Virus record (IMG/VR): IMGVR_UViG_3300013426_000028
Location: 31,643 to 95,642 of that record
DNA: 64,000 nucleotides
Strand: one strand, 5' to 3'
Origin: a virus
Lineage: Duplodnaviria; Caudoviricetes
The notes under the pieces were generated by a model. It did not search any database and was not told the DNA's origin. It was given only the letters and a program-made list of their open reading frames with translations. Position numbers and translations under genes: made by a program. Shown here piece after piece: positions 9,088-18,594 of the stretch (positions within the stretch are counted from its first letter, which is position 1; the number at the start of each line of letters is the position of its first letter).

Positions 9088-10554
9088 ATGGAAAGAAAAG
9101 ATATTGAACAACTTATAAAATATGCTTTGCCAGCTGAAGTATTCACAATCTTTAACAGTTTAGAAAATAAAGGCTTTGAAACTTATTTAGTGGGTGGAAG
9201 TGTTAGAGACATGTGCTTCAATGCTATTTTTCACGATAATAAAGATGCTCGTTATCGCAACGTTCACGATTTTGATTTTGCAACCGCTGCTCTTCCTGAA
9301 GAAATTATGGAAGCTTTTAAAGATTATGAAGTAATTCCAACTGGGTTAAAACACGGCACAGTTACAGTTAGGATCAACCATCAAAATTTTGAAATAACAA
9401 CATTCAGAATAGATGGTAAATATGACGATTTTCGTCATCCTGACTCTGTATCATTCACTAGATCTATAGAAGAAGATTTAAGTCGTCGTGACTTCACAAT
9501 GAATGCTATTGCTTATAGTCCTACAAGAGGCCTTGTAGATCCTTTTAATGGTATCGAAGATATTGACATTATAAGATGTGTTGGAAATCCAGGACAAAGA
9601 TTTCAAGAAGATCCTTTAAGAATTCTTAGAGCATCACGCTTTGCTCTTCAATTTATGATACCTATTGAAATAGATACATATGAAGCTGCTCAACAAAACG
9701 TGAATTTAATTCATCATTTATCAAAAGAAAGAGTAACCGATGAATTCAAAAAAATGTTAAATATTGACCCTCTAAAAATCACTTATTCTATATTTAATAC
9801 TTATTATGGTTTTATTTTAGAAGAATATTTTCCTACATTAAAAGAATATGCAGATTTTCGTCCTACTTTTAATGAAAATCCTCAAATTTGGAACAAGCAT
9901 CTTCGTATACAAGATCATCAAGTTAATGTGTTTTTAAGAGTAAAATACTTATATCCTATGTTTGATTTTGCATTATATATAGCTGCTTTATGTCACGACT
10001 TAGGAAAGAAAAATGCAGAAACATTAACTCTAACAGACGATAAAACTGCAATATATCATTATTATAGACATCCAGAAGAAAGTCTTAAGATTTTTGAACA
10101 AGAAATATTGCCACGTTTATCTTTATCAAACAGAGAAATTGATGAAGCAAAAACATTGATTTTATATCATGATATGCGTATTGCACCTACTAAAAAATCA
10201 GTAAAAAAAGCTTTACAAAAAATGTCTCCATCGGTGTTATTTATATTATTTAAATTGCAAGAAGCTGACCTTGATGACCATAATTTTGCTAATTTATTAA
10301 GAGAGAAAAATATATATCGTGATTTATATGTAGCACAATATATCGCTTCAGAAATTCATAAAGATATCCAAGAATGTTTCACCATAAAACAACTTAAAAT
10401 CAATGGTAGAGACCTTCTAAATTTAGGAATAGAACCAGGCCCTAAAATTGGTGAAATTCTTAGAGAATTATTAAAAAAAGTTATTGATGAAGAGATACAA
10501 AATGATCCTAAATCTCTTCTACAATACGCGCAACATTTAGCCACAAAAGAATGA
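9088..10554 (+). CDS. cca: CCA tRNA nucleotidyltransferase (class II) with HD domain
   Basis: LVGGSVRD, DFDFAT, EITTFR, DLSRRDFTMNA, EDPLRILR, ERV, HDLGK, LKINGRDL. Confidence 0.93.
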   Translation: MERKDIEQLIKYALPAEVFTIFNSLENKGFETYLVGGSVRDMCFNAIFHDNKDARYRNVHDFDFATAALPEEIMEAFKDYEVIPTGLKHGTVTVRINHQNFEITTFRIDGKYDDFRHPDSVSFTRSIEEDLSRRDFTMNAIAYSPTRGLVDPFNGIEDIDIIRCVGNPGQRFQEDPLRILRASRFALQFMIPIEIDTYEAAQQNVNLIHHLSKERVTDEFKKMLNIDPLKITYSIFNTYYGFILEEYFPTLKEYADFRPTFNENPQIWNKHLRIQDHQVNVFLRVKYLYPMFDFALYIAALCHDLGKKNAETLTLTDDKTAIYHYYRHPEESLKIFEQEILPRLSLSNREIDEAKTLILYHDMRIAPTKKSVKKALQKMSPSVLFILFKLQEADLDDHNFANLLREKNIYRDLYVAQYIASEIHKDIQECFTIKQLKINGRDLLNLGIEPGPKIGEILRELLKKVIDEEIQNDPKSLLQYAQHLATKE

Positions 10555-10601
10555 AAAAGTTAAGATTAATATCTTGACTTTTTTTTATATTTCTCTATAA
10601 T
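10554..10601 (+). promoter_or_regulatory. Fused terminator/promoter
   Basis: AAAAAGTTAAGAT/ATCTTGACTTTTT hairpin; TTGACT(10574)-16bp-TATAAT(10596). Confidence 0.75.
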
Positions 10602-10630
10602 AAATAGTGTAAGAAAAGGAGAATAAAAAA

Positions 10631-11167
10631 ATGGAAAAATTAGAACTTACAAACATTGATGAAAAGGTCGCCTCCTTATTTATCAAAGATGAAAACGGAG
10701 TCATCGTCCCTGATAAAACATTAGATATTATTGTCGATGCTCTAAACACAAACATTGAAAAGGCGCAAGAAGATGATAAAAAATTCAGAGAAGCTTTAAA
10801 GAAATTTATGGTAGACAACGGATTAATCAGTGCAACCACAGACAAATATAATGTTTCTCTTGTCGTTCCAAAAGACAAAGAGTCATTTAATGCAGAAGAA
10901 TTTGTTAAAAATGAATCTCATGAAATTGTTGATGGTTTCGCTAAAATTTCAAAAACAAAAGAATTTAATGAAGAGATTTTAAAAGAAAAATATCCTGAAA
11001 TTTACGATGCTTGTTGTGAAGAATTTCTTAACATTGAAGTTGATACAAAAGCATTAAAAAAATACTATGAAGACATCTTCAATAAGTATAACATCATCAC
11101 ACCAGCAACTGGTAAAACAACTTTGCGTATTGCAGAAAAGAATACAGGTAAAAAAACTAAAAAATAG
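10631..11167 (+). CDS. Hypothetical protein (coiled-coil N-terminus)
   Basis: 178-aa ORF with RBS. Confidence 0.75.
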   Translation: MEKLELTNIDEKVASLFIKDENGVIVPDKTLDIIVDALNTNIEKAQEDDKKFREALKKFMVDNGLISATTDKYNVSLVVPKDKESFNAEEFVKNESHEIVDGFAKISKTKEFNEEILKEKYPEIYDACCEEFLNIEVDTKALKKYYEDIFNKYNIITPATGKTTLRIAEKNTGKKTKK

Positions 11168-11184
11168 AAAGGAATATAGACATT

Positions 11185-11538
11185 ATGGAATTTAAAACTT
11201 GTGAAGAATATGTACTTGCCATGTTACATACTGCAGACAAAAACAATGATTTCTTACGAGAAGAATTAAACAAAACTGTTGAAATGTATAATAAATCTCA
11301 AAAAGAAAAAACTGAATTAGAAGCAGCAATGCAAATGAAGATTAATCAACTTGAGAGAACACTTAAAGCTTTCTTTCATAAAGCAAAATTAGGAAAAGAA
11401 GGTTACATCGCCATAGAAACTACATACTCGTTTGAACATGATGAAGATAGTGAATTAATTCGAGAAGCGGTAGATAACTATAAAACAGAAGTTGGGAAAA
11501 TTGAAGCATCAGAAGACGATACAGAAGAAAAAGAGTAA
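11185..11538 (+). CDS. Hypothetical coiled-coil protein
   Basis: ORF with RBS. Confidence 0.75.
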   Translation: MEFKTCEEYVLAMLHTADKNNDFLREELNKTVEMYNKSQKEKTELEAAMQMKINQLERTLKAFFHKAKLGKEGYIAIETTYSFEHDEDSELIREAVDNYKTEVGKIEASEDDTEEKE

Positions 11539-11544
11539 AAACCT

Positions 11545-11811
11545 ATGACAGAACTTATTATTGCATTATTATTAGAGGGTCGTAAGACTATACGTACTGT
11601 TCTTATTGTCTGTACAGTACTTCTAGTTGTCTTATTAGGAATAGCTTGTTCTAGTTGGTTTAGTACCACTATGTCCATAGAAGGTAAAATTACTGTTATT
11701 ATCTTATTGACAATTGATTGCTTATTAGAGTGCTTTACTATCTTAACAAATACATTCTTAAATAAGTGCATCAGACTAGAATTAAAACAAGAACCACAAA
11801 AGGAAGATTAA
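11545..11811 (+). CDS. Small membrane protein (2 TM)
   Basis: Two hydrophobic segments. Confidence 0.65.
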   Translation: MTELIIALLLEGRKTIRTVLIVCTVLLVVLLGIACSSWFSTTMSIEGKITVIILLTIDCLLECFTILTNTFLNKCIRLELKQEPQKED

Positions 11812-11814
11812 ACT

Positions 11815-12180
11815 ATGGAAGATAAAGAAAAAATCAACAATGTTGATATTATACCAACATTTGAAGAATTACAAGAATATTATAAAAAGCTTGATATTCA
11901 ACCTGATGAATTCTTTCCAATAAAAATCAAAGAAGATGCTACTTACGATGAAGTTTTCGAGTTATATTTTGACACAACTCTTTCTGATAGAAAGCCGCGT
12001 CTTACATACGGAGTAATTTACGGAAACATAGATGAAGCTGAACATTGGCAACCTCGCGACCGTGTCTACGATTTCACTCCAGAAGGATATAAAGAATTGA
12101 AGAATGATTTATATAGCGAACTCTTAGATCGTTCAATCCTATTAGCATCTGCTATTCTTAGTATTAAAAGGTCAATGTAA
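11815..12180 (+). CDS. Hypothetical protein
   Basis: ORF with RBS. Confidence 0.7.
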   Translation: MEDKEKINNVDIIPTFEELQEYYKKLDIQPDEFFPIKIKEDATYDEVFELYFDTTLSDRKPRLTYGVIYGNIDEAEHWQPRDRVYDFTPEGYKELKNDLYSELLDRSILLASAILSIKRSM

Positions 12181-12216
12181 AAAAAACATTGACTTTTTTT
12201 TATATTCTATTATAAT
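12166..12216 (+). promoter_or_regulatory. Fused terminator/promoter
   Basis: AAAAGGTCAATGT/ACATTGACTTTT hairpin; TTGACT(12189)-16bp-TATAAT(12211). Confidence 0.75.
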
Positions 12217-12241
12217 AAATAATGTAAGGAGGATACACCCT

Positions 12242-12658
12242 ATGATAAAAGAGTTTTTTGAAAAAAACAAAGCCAAACGCTCAGCAAAAGATATCGCTAA
12301 AATCTGTGATAAATTAGCATCAGAAGTAACAAAACTTGCTCTTACTATTTATGCAGGCGATGTCTATTGTAGAATTGACAAAGTGGAATTAGATTTAGAC
12401 CCTGAAGAAGATCGTGCTACGCCAATGTCTTATTCATTTGATGTACATCTTGAAGTTCCATCTATCAGACCTACCATTAAATGTGCAGATGTGTCTGTTT
12501 ATTGGGACCAAGCAACATCGATTTCTATTAAGCAAGTAGCAGCAATGGTATTTGAAGCCGCTGAGTCAGAAGCGGGTGGAAATTACACACACAACATTAA
12601 AATCAGTAGTTACACACCAGCTTCAGAAGATGAACTCGAAGAAGAGGACGACGAATAA
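12242..12658 (+). CDS. Hypothetical protein
   Basis: AAGGAGG RBS. Confidence 0.75.
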   Translation: MIKEFFEKNKAKRSAKDIAKICDKLASEVTKLALTIYAGDVYCRIDKVELDLDPEEDRATPMSYSFDVHLEVPSIRPTIKCADVSVYWDQATSISIKQVAAMVFEAAESEAGGNYTHNIKISSYTPASEDELEEEDDE

Positions 12659-12957
12659 TGAACGACGAACCTATATCAAAAAAGACAAAAGAACTAGAAT
12701 TCTATTGTCCCCATTGTATGAAGAAAGTTGATGTTACACACATCGTTAAACCAACTGAAATCTGGCCTTATCATAACCACGAATTTACCTTAGAAAATGT
12801 TCCCGTCATCATTTGTAAGGAATGTGGTGGAGAGATATGGTATGATGACTTTGACTTCGTCACGCTTCAACGTGTTCAAGCAATGTGTAAACAACAATAT
12901 CCTGAAGAATTTGAGGACGATCCAGAAGAAGAAAAGAACACTAAAGAAGAGGGCTAA
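12658..12957 (+). CDS. YgiT/MqsA-type zinc-finger protein (no HTH)
   Basis: CPHC...LENVPVIICKECGG. Confidence 0.7.
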   Translation: MNDEPISKKTKELEFYCPHCMKKVDVTHIVKPTEIWPYHNHEFTLENVPVIICKECGGEIWYDDFDFVTLQRVQAMCKQQYPEEFEDDPEEEKNTKEEG

Positions 12958-13022
12958 AAACTCTCTTTTTTAATGCTCTTCAAACAGTGACAAAATGTCA
13001 CCACTTCAAAGGCATTTTCTTA

Positions 13023-13050
13023 TTGACAAATATTAATATTTCTATATAAT
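13023..13050 (+). promoter_or_regulatory. sigmaA-type promoter flanked by GTGAC/GTCAC inverted repeats
   Basis: TTGACA-16bp-TATAAT. Confidence 0.8.
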
Positions 13051-13131
13051 AAAAGTATGAAAAACATCAGTCACAAAAAATGTAATGAAATTGTGACAAA
13101 GTATCAGTCACAAAAAAGGAGGGTCCAACCC

Positions 13132-13566
13132 ATGTTAGAACCAATTAATAAAAAAAGTAAGGAATGGTTTTTCCTAGAAGTTCAAAGAGAAAGTAAACCA
13201 AATACAATGTATCAACAAATTCCGTATCACGAAGTTTCTTTTGAAGAATACGTAAATAAATATCAAGCGGTCACACAAGCACGTTCAAAAGCTCTTGCTT
13301 ATTGTGCCGCCCATAACATTCCAGAGTCAGAATGCCCAATCAAGTTAACCTATGAGATTGAGACATTCGAGGGCTACGTTATATCCACCTGGAGATATCA
13401 CGATGCTTACACAGACGTGCTCTTAGAACACCGTTACCTATCCAAAGAAACCCGCAGTATTATTAAAGCGCATCGCTCCAAAAAAGAAAAACGTCAGATG
13501 GGTAGTGACACTAACCAACTCGCCACAGACCCAACAGCCGTCGAAACAGAAGGAGGTCTCTTCTAA
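13132..13566 (+). CDS. Hypothetical protein
   Basis: ATG 13132 behind AAGGAGG (a leaderless start at 13057 is also possible). Confidence 0.7.
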   Translation: MLEPINKKSKEWFFLEVQRESKPNTMYQQIPYHEVSFEEYVNKYQAVTQARSKALAYCAAHNIPESECPIKLTYEIETFEGYVISTWRYHDAYTDVLLEHRYLSKETRSIIKAHRSKKEKRQMGSDTNQLATDPTAVETEGGLF

Positions 13567-13568
13567 AA

Positions 13569-13949
13569 ATGCTAATACCAAAGACCCCCAAATCCTTCAA
13601 AAACCCCGATGTCATCGGCATAAAATCGAATAAAAGTAATATTTTATTTGATATCTGCATTTCCAAAGATCTTCCAGGATATATAATTTTAAAACCAGCT
13701 CCCTTAGGAACAATCGGATTATATGAGTTTATGCCTATATCTACATTCTTAGTAGTTACGGATAATTCAAATATAACTCACGTGTCAATAGATATGGAAT
13801 ACGTTCCTCACGTACGTATACACACATACACATATACGTATGCAGATACACACACATACGAGGAACCGCTTCCTATATCTCTAAAAGATAAAATTGCACT
13901 ATCTTACATTAAAACTATCTCTCGTAAGAAAAGAAAGGAAAATAATTAA
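13569..13949 (+). CDS. Hypothetical protein containing an alternating RY tract
   Basis: RBS AAGGAGG; coupled to neighbouring genes. Confidence 0.55.
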   Translation: MLIPKTPKSFKNPDVIGIKSNKSNILFDICISKDLPGYIILKPAPLGTIGLYEFMPISTFLVVTDNSNITHVSIDMEYVPHVRIHTYTYTYADTHTYEEPLPISLKDKIALSYIKTISRKKRKENN

Positions 13950-13953
13950 GTCT

Positions 13954-14631
13954 ATGTCTAGTTCAGCAGTACAAAATCAACCAAATAATAATAACAACGA
14001 TCAACCAGTCCGTCACATCAAACGCGGTCAATATAAAGACTACTCTCAACCCCTTAACGGCATGACCCTCGAAGAGTCCAACAAGCTTATCACAGATAAT
14101 CTCGCACTTGTGTTCTGGGTATTAAAAGAGAAGTTTCATTTTGATCCTTCCACGATGCAAGACTATGAAGATGTTGTGTCTCTCGGTATGCAAGGATTAG
14201 TCATCGCAGCGCGTCTCTATAATCCCGCATCAGGCTACAACTTTTCAACCTATGCAACACACTGCATCTCTTCTCAAATTCGCTCAGAGTATTTCCGTCG
14301 TAATCAAACGCTTAAAGCCACCCCCGAATTTGCCCCCGCTTACCTAGATGCCCCCCTCCCTCTTGAGACAGATCATGGCACCAAAAAAACGCTTCTCGAT
14401 CTTCTCCCCGCCTCCCCATCTTCCGACCCTTCCACCACCCAAGACGCCTCAACCATAATGGACTTCATAATCAACAATCCTATTCCAAATAAATCCACTT
14501 TCCTCTCCTACCTTCAAGGAACCCGCATTATAGACATAGCCAAACAAGAGTCCGTCTCTTCCACCGCCATCCAGAACCGCCTTAAAGTTTCCATATCCTA
14601 TCTTCGCTCCATCTTCAACCCTTCTCACTAG
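13954..14631 (+). CDS. Phage sigma70-family factor (FliA/SigF-like regions 2 and 4)
   Basis: DNLALV, EDVVSLGMQGLVIAARLYNPASGYNFSTYATHCI, LDAPL, C-terminal HTH (IIDIAKQESVSSTAIQNR). Confidence 0.85.
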   Translation: MSSSAVQNQPNNNNNDQPVRHIKRGQYKDYSQPLNGMTLEESNKLITDNLALVFWVLKEKFHFDPSTMQDYEDVVSLGMQGLVIAARLYNPASGYNFSTYATHCISSQIRSEYFRRNQTLKATPEFAPAYLDAPLPLETDHGTKKTLLDLLPASPSSDPSTTQDASTIMDFIINNPIPNKSTFLSYLQGTRIIDIAKQESVSSTAIQNRLKVSISYLRSIFNPSH

Positions 14632-15538
14632 CCCCTCCCCAGGGGTTTTTCTTTTTTCACCCCCCTCTTTTACCCTTTCTTTACCCCCTGGGGGAAACGC
14701 GCAGTGAGCCATTGGGTATTGAGCTTGTGAAATAGCCATTGGCGAACGATGAGCGCGTGGGGGCAAACGCGTGCCACTCCGAGATGACACACTCTGCAAG
14801 TCTTGAGAGAAAAAAATGAAAATTTTTATAACTCACACACTTGCGAGAGCTTTTCAACGAAAAGTCGAGGCAAAATTGCTTTACTTTCTTTAAGGGGGAA
14901 TATAAACCGAAGGTTTATATGAAATTCTTTTTACTCTTTTTACTCTTTTCTTTATTTATTTCTTTTCTTTTTAATCAACTTTTTTCTTTTCGTTTTTCTT
15001 TCTTTTCGGTTTTTTCTCCTTTTTCTTGGGGGACGGTTCTTTAAAAGCAGGCGCGCGTGACGCACGTGTACGTGTATGCACGTATGTGTACATATACATA
15101 CATATACACATCACATACACAAAAACTAATGTGCCATTGTCCGCCAGCTTCAAAGCTAACTTCAGAACTCTTTAATACTCTTCCTTACCTAACTATTCTA
15201 AATATTCGAATACTTCAAGTTACTCAAATTCTTTGATATATTTACTTCAATGTAACTTCAATGAATCTTTGAACCAACTTCAATATAACTTAATTATTTT
15301 GCTTTTAACCTTGCTTAAGTTAAATTATAAATTTTACTCATACTTTTTTTCGGTTCGCTTCGCTTATTAAAAGGCGTAAGTGCTTATGCCCTTCCGCCAA
15401 TCTTCCATTTAAAAGTCTTGCTTCCGCAATCCTTTCAAATCCGCAAAGTGTATTTATTCTTTTTTTGTTTTCTTTTCTGTACTTTGAGTTTATGTAATAC
15501 CTAAAACTACTTAAAATGAAATATTCATCATTTTTTCT

Positions 15539-15830
15539 CCATTTAATTCAAAGAATCTCAAGTAAAGCAAGTTCTAATAAGTATTTATTCATTTTTATTG
15601 AATTTATTTCTTTATTCTTGATTTAATTCAAGAAAAAAATAGAAGGTTCTTGTGTACGCGCGTATACATGTATGCGTAACGTATAAAACTCTTATTTTTT
15701 AGATTTATTAAACACTCTTTAATTTATTTTCCATTTAATTCAAGAAATTAGGTCTAAAGTGGCTTAAGACAAGTATTTATTGGTCTGGAGTGTGTTTGGT
15801 TAGCTTTTATCCATTCAATTCAAGAAAAAA
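15539..15830 (+). repeat. Dispersed iteron-like repeat (CC)ATTYAATTCAA(GAAA) x4
   Basis: Copies near 15539, 15621, 15731 and 15811. Confidence 0.65.
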
Positions 15831-16131
15831 ATTAGTTAAATTTGATTCTGGAGTGTTTTGAGAGTTATACAAGGGTTTTGATTTATATGATTTAAGCGTT
15901 ACACTTTGTAACGGTTTGGGTGTAACAGTTTGGTATGTTTTGTTTCACACTTTCGAGGATTACTCGTTTATTCATTTGGGTGTTTAGAGAAAATTTTTAA
16001 GTAGGATTTAAGCAAGATAAGGTTTTTATTTAAGCCAGATTTTAAGTAGGATTTAAGTAGGATGTGTATGAGGCAGGTGGGTAGAAATAAAAGGTCGCGT
16101 GTATGGGCGCGTGCGCGATTTTTATATAGAA

Positions 16132-16147
16132 CGTTTCACGTGAAACA
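16132..16147. promoter_or_regulatory. parS: parS (ParB/Spo0J-binding) site
   Basis: CGTTTCACGTGAAACA, 15/16 match to TGTTTCACGTGAAACA. Confidence 0.85.
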
Positions 16148-16277
16148 TGCTGGGTCAAAGAAGAGAGAAGTCTTCTTTTTCTTCGATTACAAGCCTGTTT
16201 CCAAGATTTTTTAGAATGATTCTAAAAATAAACAATTGTTAAAATATCAACAAAATAAGTAAAACTGTTGAAAAAAG

Positions 16278-16326
16278 ATATCGAACACTTTGTTCGGAAA
16301 CTTAGAAATATCGAACATTTTGTTTG
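16278..16326. promoter_or_regulatory. Tandem palindromic operators CGAACA-N3-TGTTYG x2
   Basis: ATATCGAACACTTTGTTCG and ATATCGAACATTTTGTTTG, 30 bp apart. Confidence 0.55.
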
Positions 16327-16521
16327 ATTACTCAAAAGACGTCTGTGCAAACAAAAAGATAACCCCTTTATACCCCCTCAAGATAAAAAAACAAGGGGTT
16401 ATCCAAGAACCAGTTCATAAACAAGTTTGAGACATTAGGGAATAAAGCTCAAGAAGAATAAAAAGAATCAAAACAAAGCTCAAATTAGATCTTAAGAAAA
16501 TTAATAAACTTGCAAAAAAAC

Positions 16522-16549
16522 TTGACATTAGGAAAAAATCAATTATAAT
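16522..16549 (+). promoter_or_regulatory. sigmaA-type promoter
   Basis: TTGACA-16bp-TATAAT. Confidence 0.8.
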
Positions 16550-16574
16550 AGATAATGTAAAGGAGTGTGATAAT

Positions 16575-16895
16575 ATGAAACTACCAGAGACACTAAGTGT
16601 ACCAATGGAAGAACAAGAGACATTAATCAGTTGGAGTAGAAATGATGAAAAGGTAAAGATCTATACGTCAGATAATACAGTACTGACAAAACTCAAGAAA
16701 CTATCAGAAGCGGCACCTGATAAATATAAACTAGTAAGTGTTGTTAATAATCAAGATGGCAGTGCATATTCTGTAACATTTGAAGTAAATAAAAAGTGTG
16801 TAAGCTTAAGACAAGGAAAAGAAAGAGAATACACAGAAGAGCAAAAACAAGAAATGTTAGAGAGAATGTCAGCATTAAGAAATAGGAAAGGATAA
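16575..16895 (+). CDS. Conserved hypothetical protein (EEQET.I...IYTSD...REYTEEQK)
   Basis: RBS AAGGAG. Confidence 0.8.
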   Translation: MKLPETLSVPMEEQETLISWSRNDEKVKIYTSDNTVLTKLKKLSEAAPDKYKLVSVVNNQDGSAYSVTFEVNKKCVSLRQGKEREYTEEQKQEMLERMSALRNRKG

Positions 16896-16901
16896 AGACA
16901 T

Positions 16902-17762
16902 ATGGGATACGATAAGCGAATTGATGAATGGGATAAAATTAAACATCGAACGGATCATTTTCTAACGTATAATAAAGTAGAGAAAAAACATATAGAAGCA
17001 TATAAAAAGGAAACGCAGGCATGTGACACACATACACGTGTAAATATAAATAAGGATAATATATCCGATGCATCCATCATTAGAGCCAAGAAAAAGACCC
17101 AGGTCCAAGAGAATCAGAAGTTCTTAAGTGAGCCATTTGTAAAGTTCAGAGGCATCGCGAAAAACGATGATGATAAGAGTTGGGTATATGGATATTACTA
17201 TAGGCAATTATATAGTATGGATGATAACGGCGCACCTATATATAGACATTACATTGTGATGGACTGTGAGAATAAGATGACGGCGTGGATGAAGGGACTT
17301 GCGAAAGAACCGTTGAGAAGTCCGATCTTTGTTGAAGTCATTGGAGAGACAGTTACGCAATGGAGTAAATGCACAGACTTGGAAGGTAATGATATATACG
17401 AAGGTGATATTGTTGAGGTATATGAATTTGAGTACGTGGGTGAAGGAGAGAATCATAGGCCTGTAAAAAAGAAAGTGTTCGATGGAGTGGCTGCCGTGGG
17501 CGAAATGGGTAGAGGTGAGAAGAACGGTGCACCAAGCTTGTTTGTGGGATGCGTTAATGACGCCGCTAGATTAGCCGCTAAGAACTTCAGAGAAGCCGTG
17601 TATGGATATAAGATCGTGGGCAACTTCTTTGAGGATCCAGAGTGGTATAATGAGATAAAGAGAGGTAAATATAAGGATGACCTCAACAGTAACGATGATG
17701 ATGGCTTTGATGACATCTGGGATAGAATCGATCCTGAAAGTGATGGAGATGATGAAGCATAA
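16902..17762 (+). CDS. YopX-family protein
   Basis: KFRG...WVYGYY...ETVTQW...DLEGNDIYEGDIV...IVGNFFEDPE. Confidence 0.85.
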   Translation: MGYDKRIDEWDKIKHRTDHFLTYNKVEKKHIEAYKKETQACDTHTRVNINKDNISDASIIRAKKKTQVQENQKFLSEPFVKFRGIAKNDDDKSWVYGYYYRQLYSMDDNGAPIYRHYIVMDCENKMTAWMKGLAKEPLRSPIFVEVIGETVTQWSKCTDLEGNDIYEGDIVEVYEFEYVGEGENHRPVKKKVFDGVAAVGEMGRGEKNGAPSLFVGCVNDAARLAAKNFREAVYGYKIVGNFFEDPEWYNEIKRGKYKDDLNSNDDDGFDDIWDRIDPESDGDDEA

Positions 17763-17983
17763 TGTATTGGTACGATGATGATAGCTTCTGGGAGGATAAG
17801 AAACCTCCTAAGACATATGATTACTTGCATGATGATATAGAGGATCCTGCGGAGTATGATGATTGGTTACGATATATGGCAAGAGGAATTGGAATGAGGT
17901 ATCCTGATGAAGATGACGTGTATAGTGATCATGATGAATACGGTGATATAATAATGCCACCGTGGAACGATGATGACGATTAG
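17762..17983 (+). CDS. Small highly acidic protein
   Basis: TAATG overlap; very D/Y-rich. Confidence 0.6.
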   Translation: MYWYDDDSFWEDKKPPKTYDYLHDDIEDPAEYDDWLRYMARGIGMRYPDEDDVYSDHDEYGDIIMPPWNDDDD

Positions 17984-18008
17984 GGAGCGCAAGCTCTCTT
18001 TTTGTTTT
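17983..18008 (+). terminator. Intrinsic terminator
   Basis: GGGAGC-GCAA-GCTCTC plus T tract. Confidence 0.8.
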
Positions 18009-18504
18009 GTGCCTGTGGTGTGAATCTGTTTAAATCTGTTTGAATCATTTAGATTCTGTGTTCATCTGGTGTGTCTCAATAGAGTATGATGATTCATTTT
18101 GCAATTAGATAAATTAAGAATCCAGATGATCTAAATAATCTAGATGAATCTGATGAAGCATCAAGAAAAAAATCTGGCCCTAGAATAAAAAGCTTCCTGC
18201 CTCATTAAAAAACGTCGCCCCATCAAACATTCGATTTATTTTCCATTTACATGGAGAAAAAACAAACTGAATCCCTTCCAGGTATAATTTAAGGGGACTC
18301 CGCGTTCTTGTCTGTTATTTAAAGAACTACCTTTAAATAAATCGTCTAAAATCGAAAATAACTATATATAAACTCTTAGAAATTCCCAGAATCATTAAAT
18401 TAATTATATAATAATTAAAAAGAACTAAAAAGAATTAAAAGAATCTTCCCTCCATCAAAAAAAGTATCCCTCTCAAAAAAAATAAAAAAAGTTTTTAAAA
18501 CCTA

Positions 18505-18594
18505 TTGACTTATTTTTATATTCCTGTATACTTATTAGTGTAAAGGGGGAAAGGAAATGAACCTCCGAAGTACCCCTTACAAGTTCTTTGAAAA
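18505..18594 (+). promoter_or_regulatory. sigmaA promoter followed by boxB-like hairpin and rrn-type boxA
   Basis: TTGACT-16bp-TATACT; GTAAAGGGG/CCCCTTAC stem; AGTTCTTTGAAAA at 18582-18594. Confidence 0.75.

Larger units (their letters stand above)
14632..16520. other. Large non-coding region, candidate replication origin/partition locus
   Basis: About 1.9 kb with no credible gene; + strand switches from C-rich to G-rich; repeated ATTYAATTCAA and TTAAGTAGGAT; RY tracts; parS. Confidence 0.55.

Noticed and set aside
14449-15153. ORFs 14449..14799(-), 14841..15044(+), 14971..15153(-)
   Set aside because: Low-complexity translations of compositionally biased non-coding DNA, without RBS
16282-16296. 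Canonical LexA (Cheo) box
   Set aside because: Spacer is 5 bp, not 4; kept only as an unassigned operator
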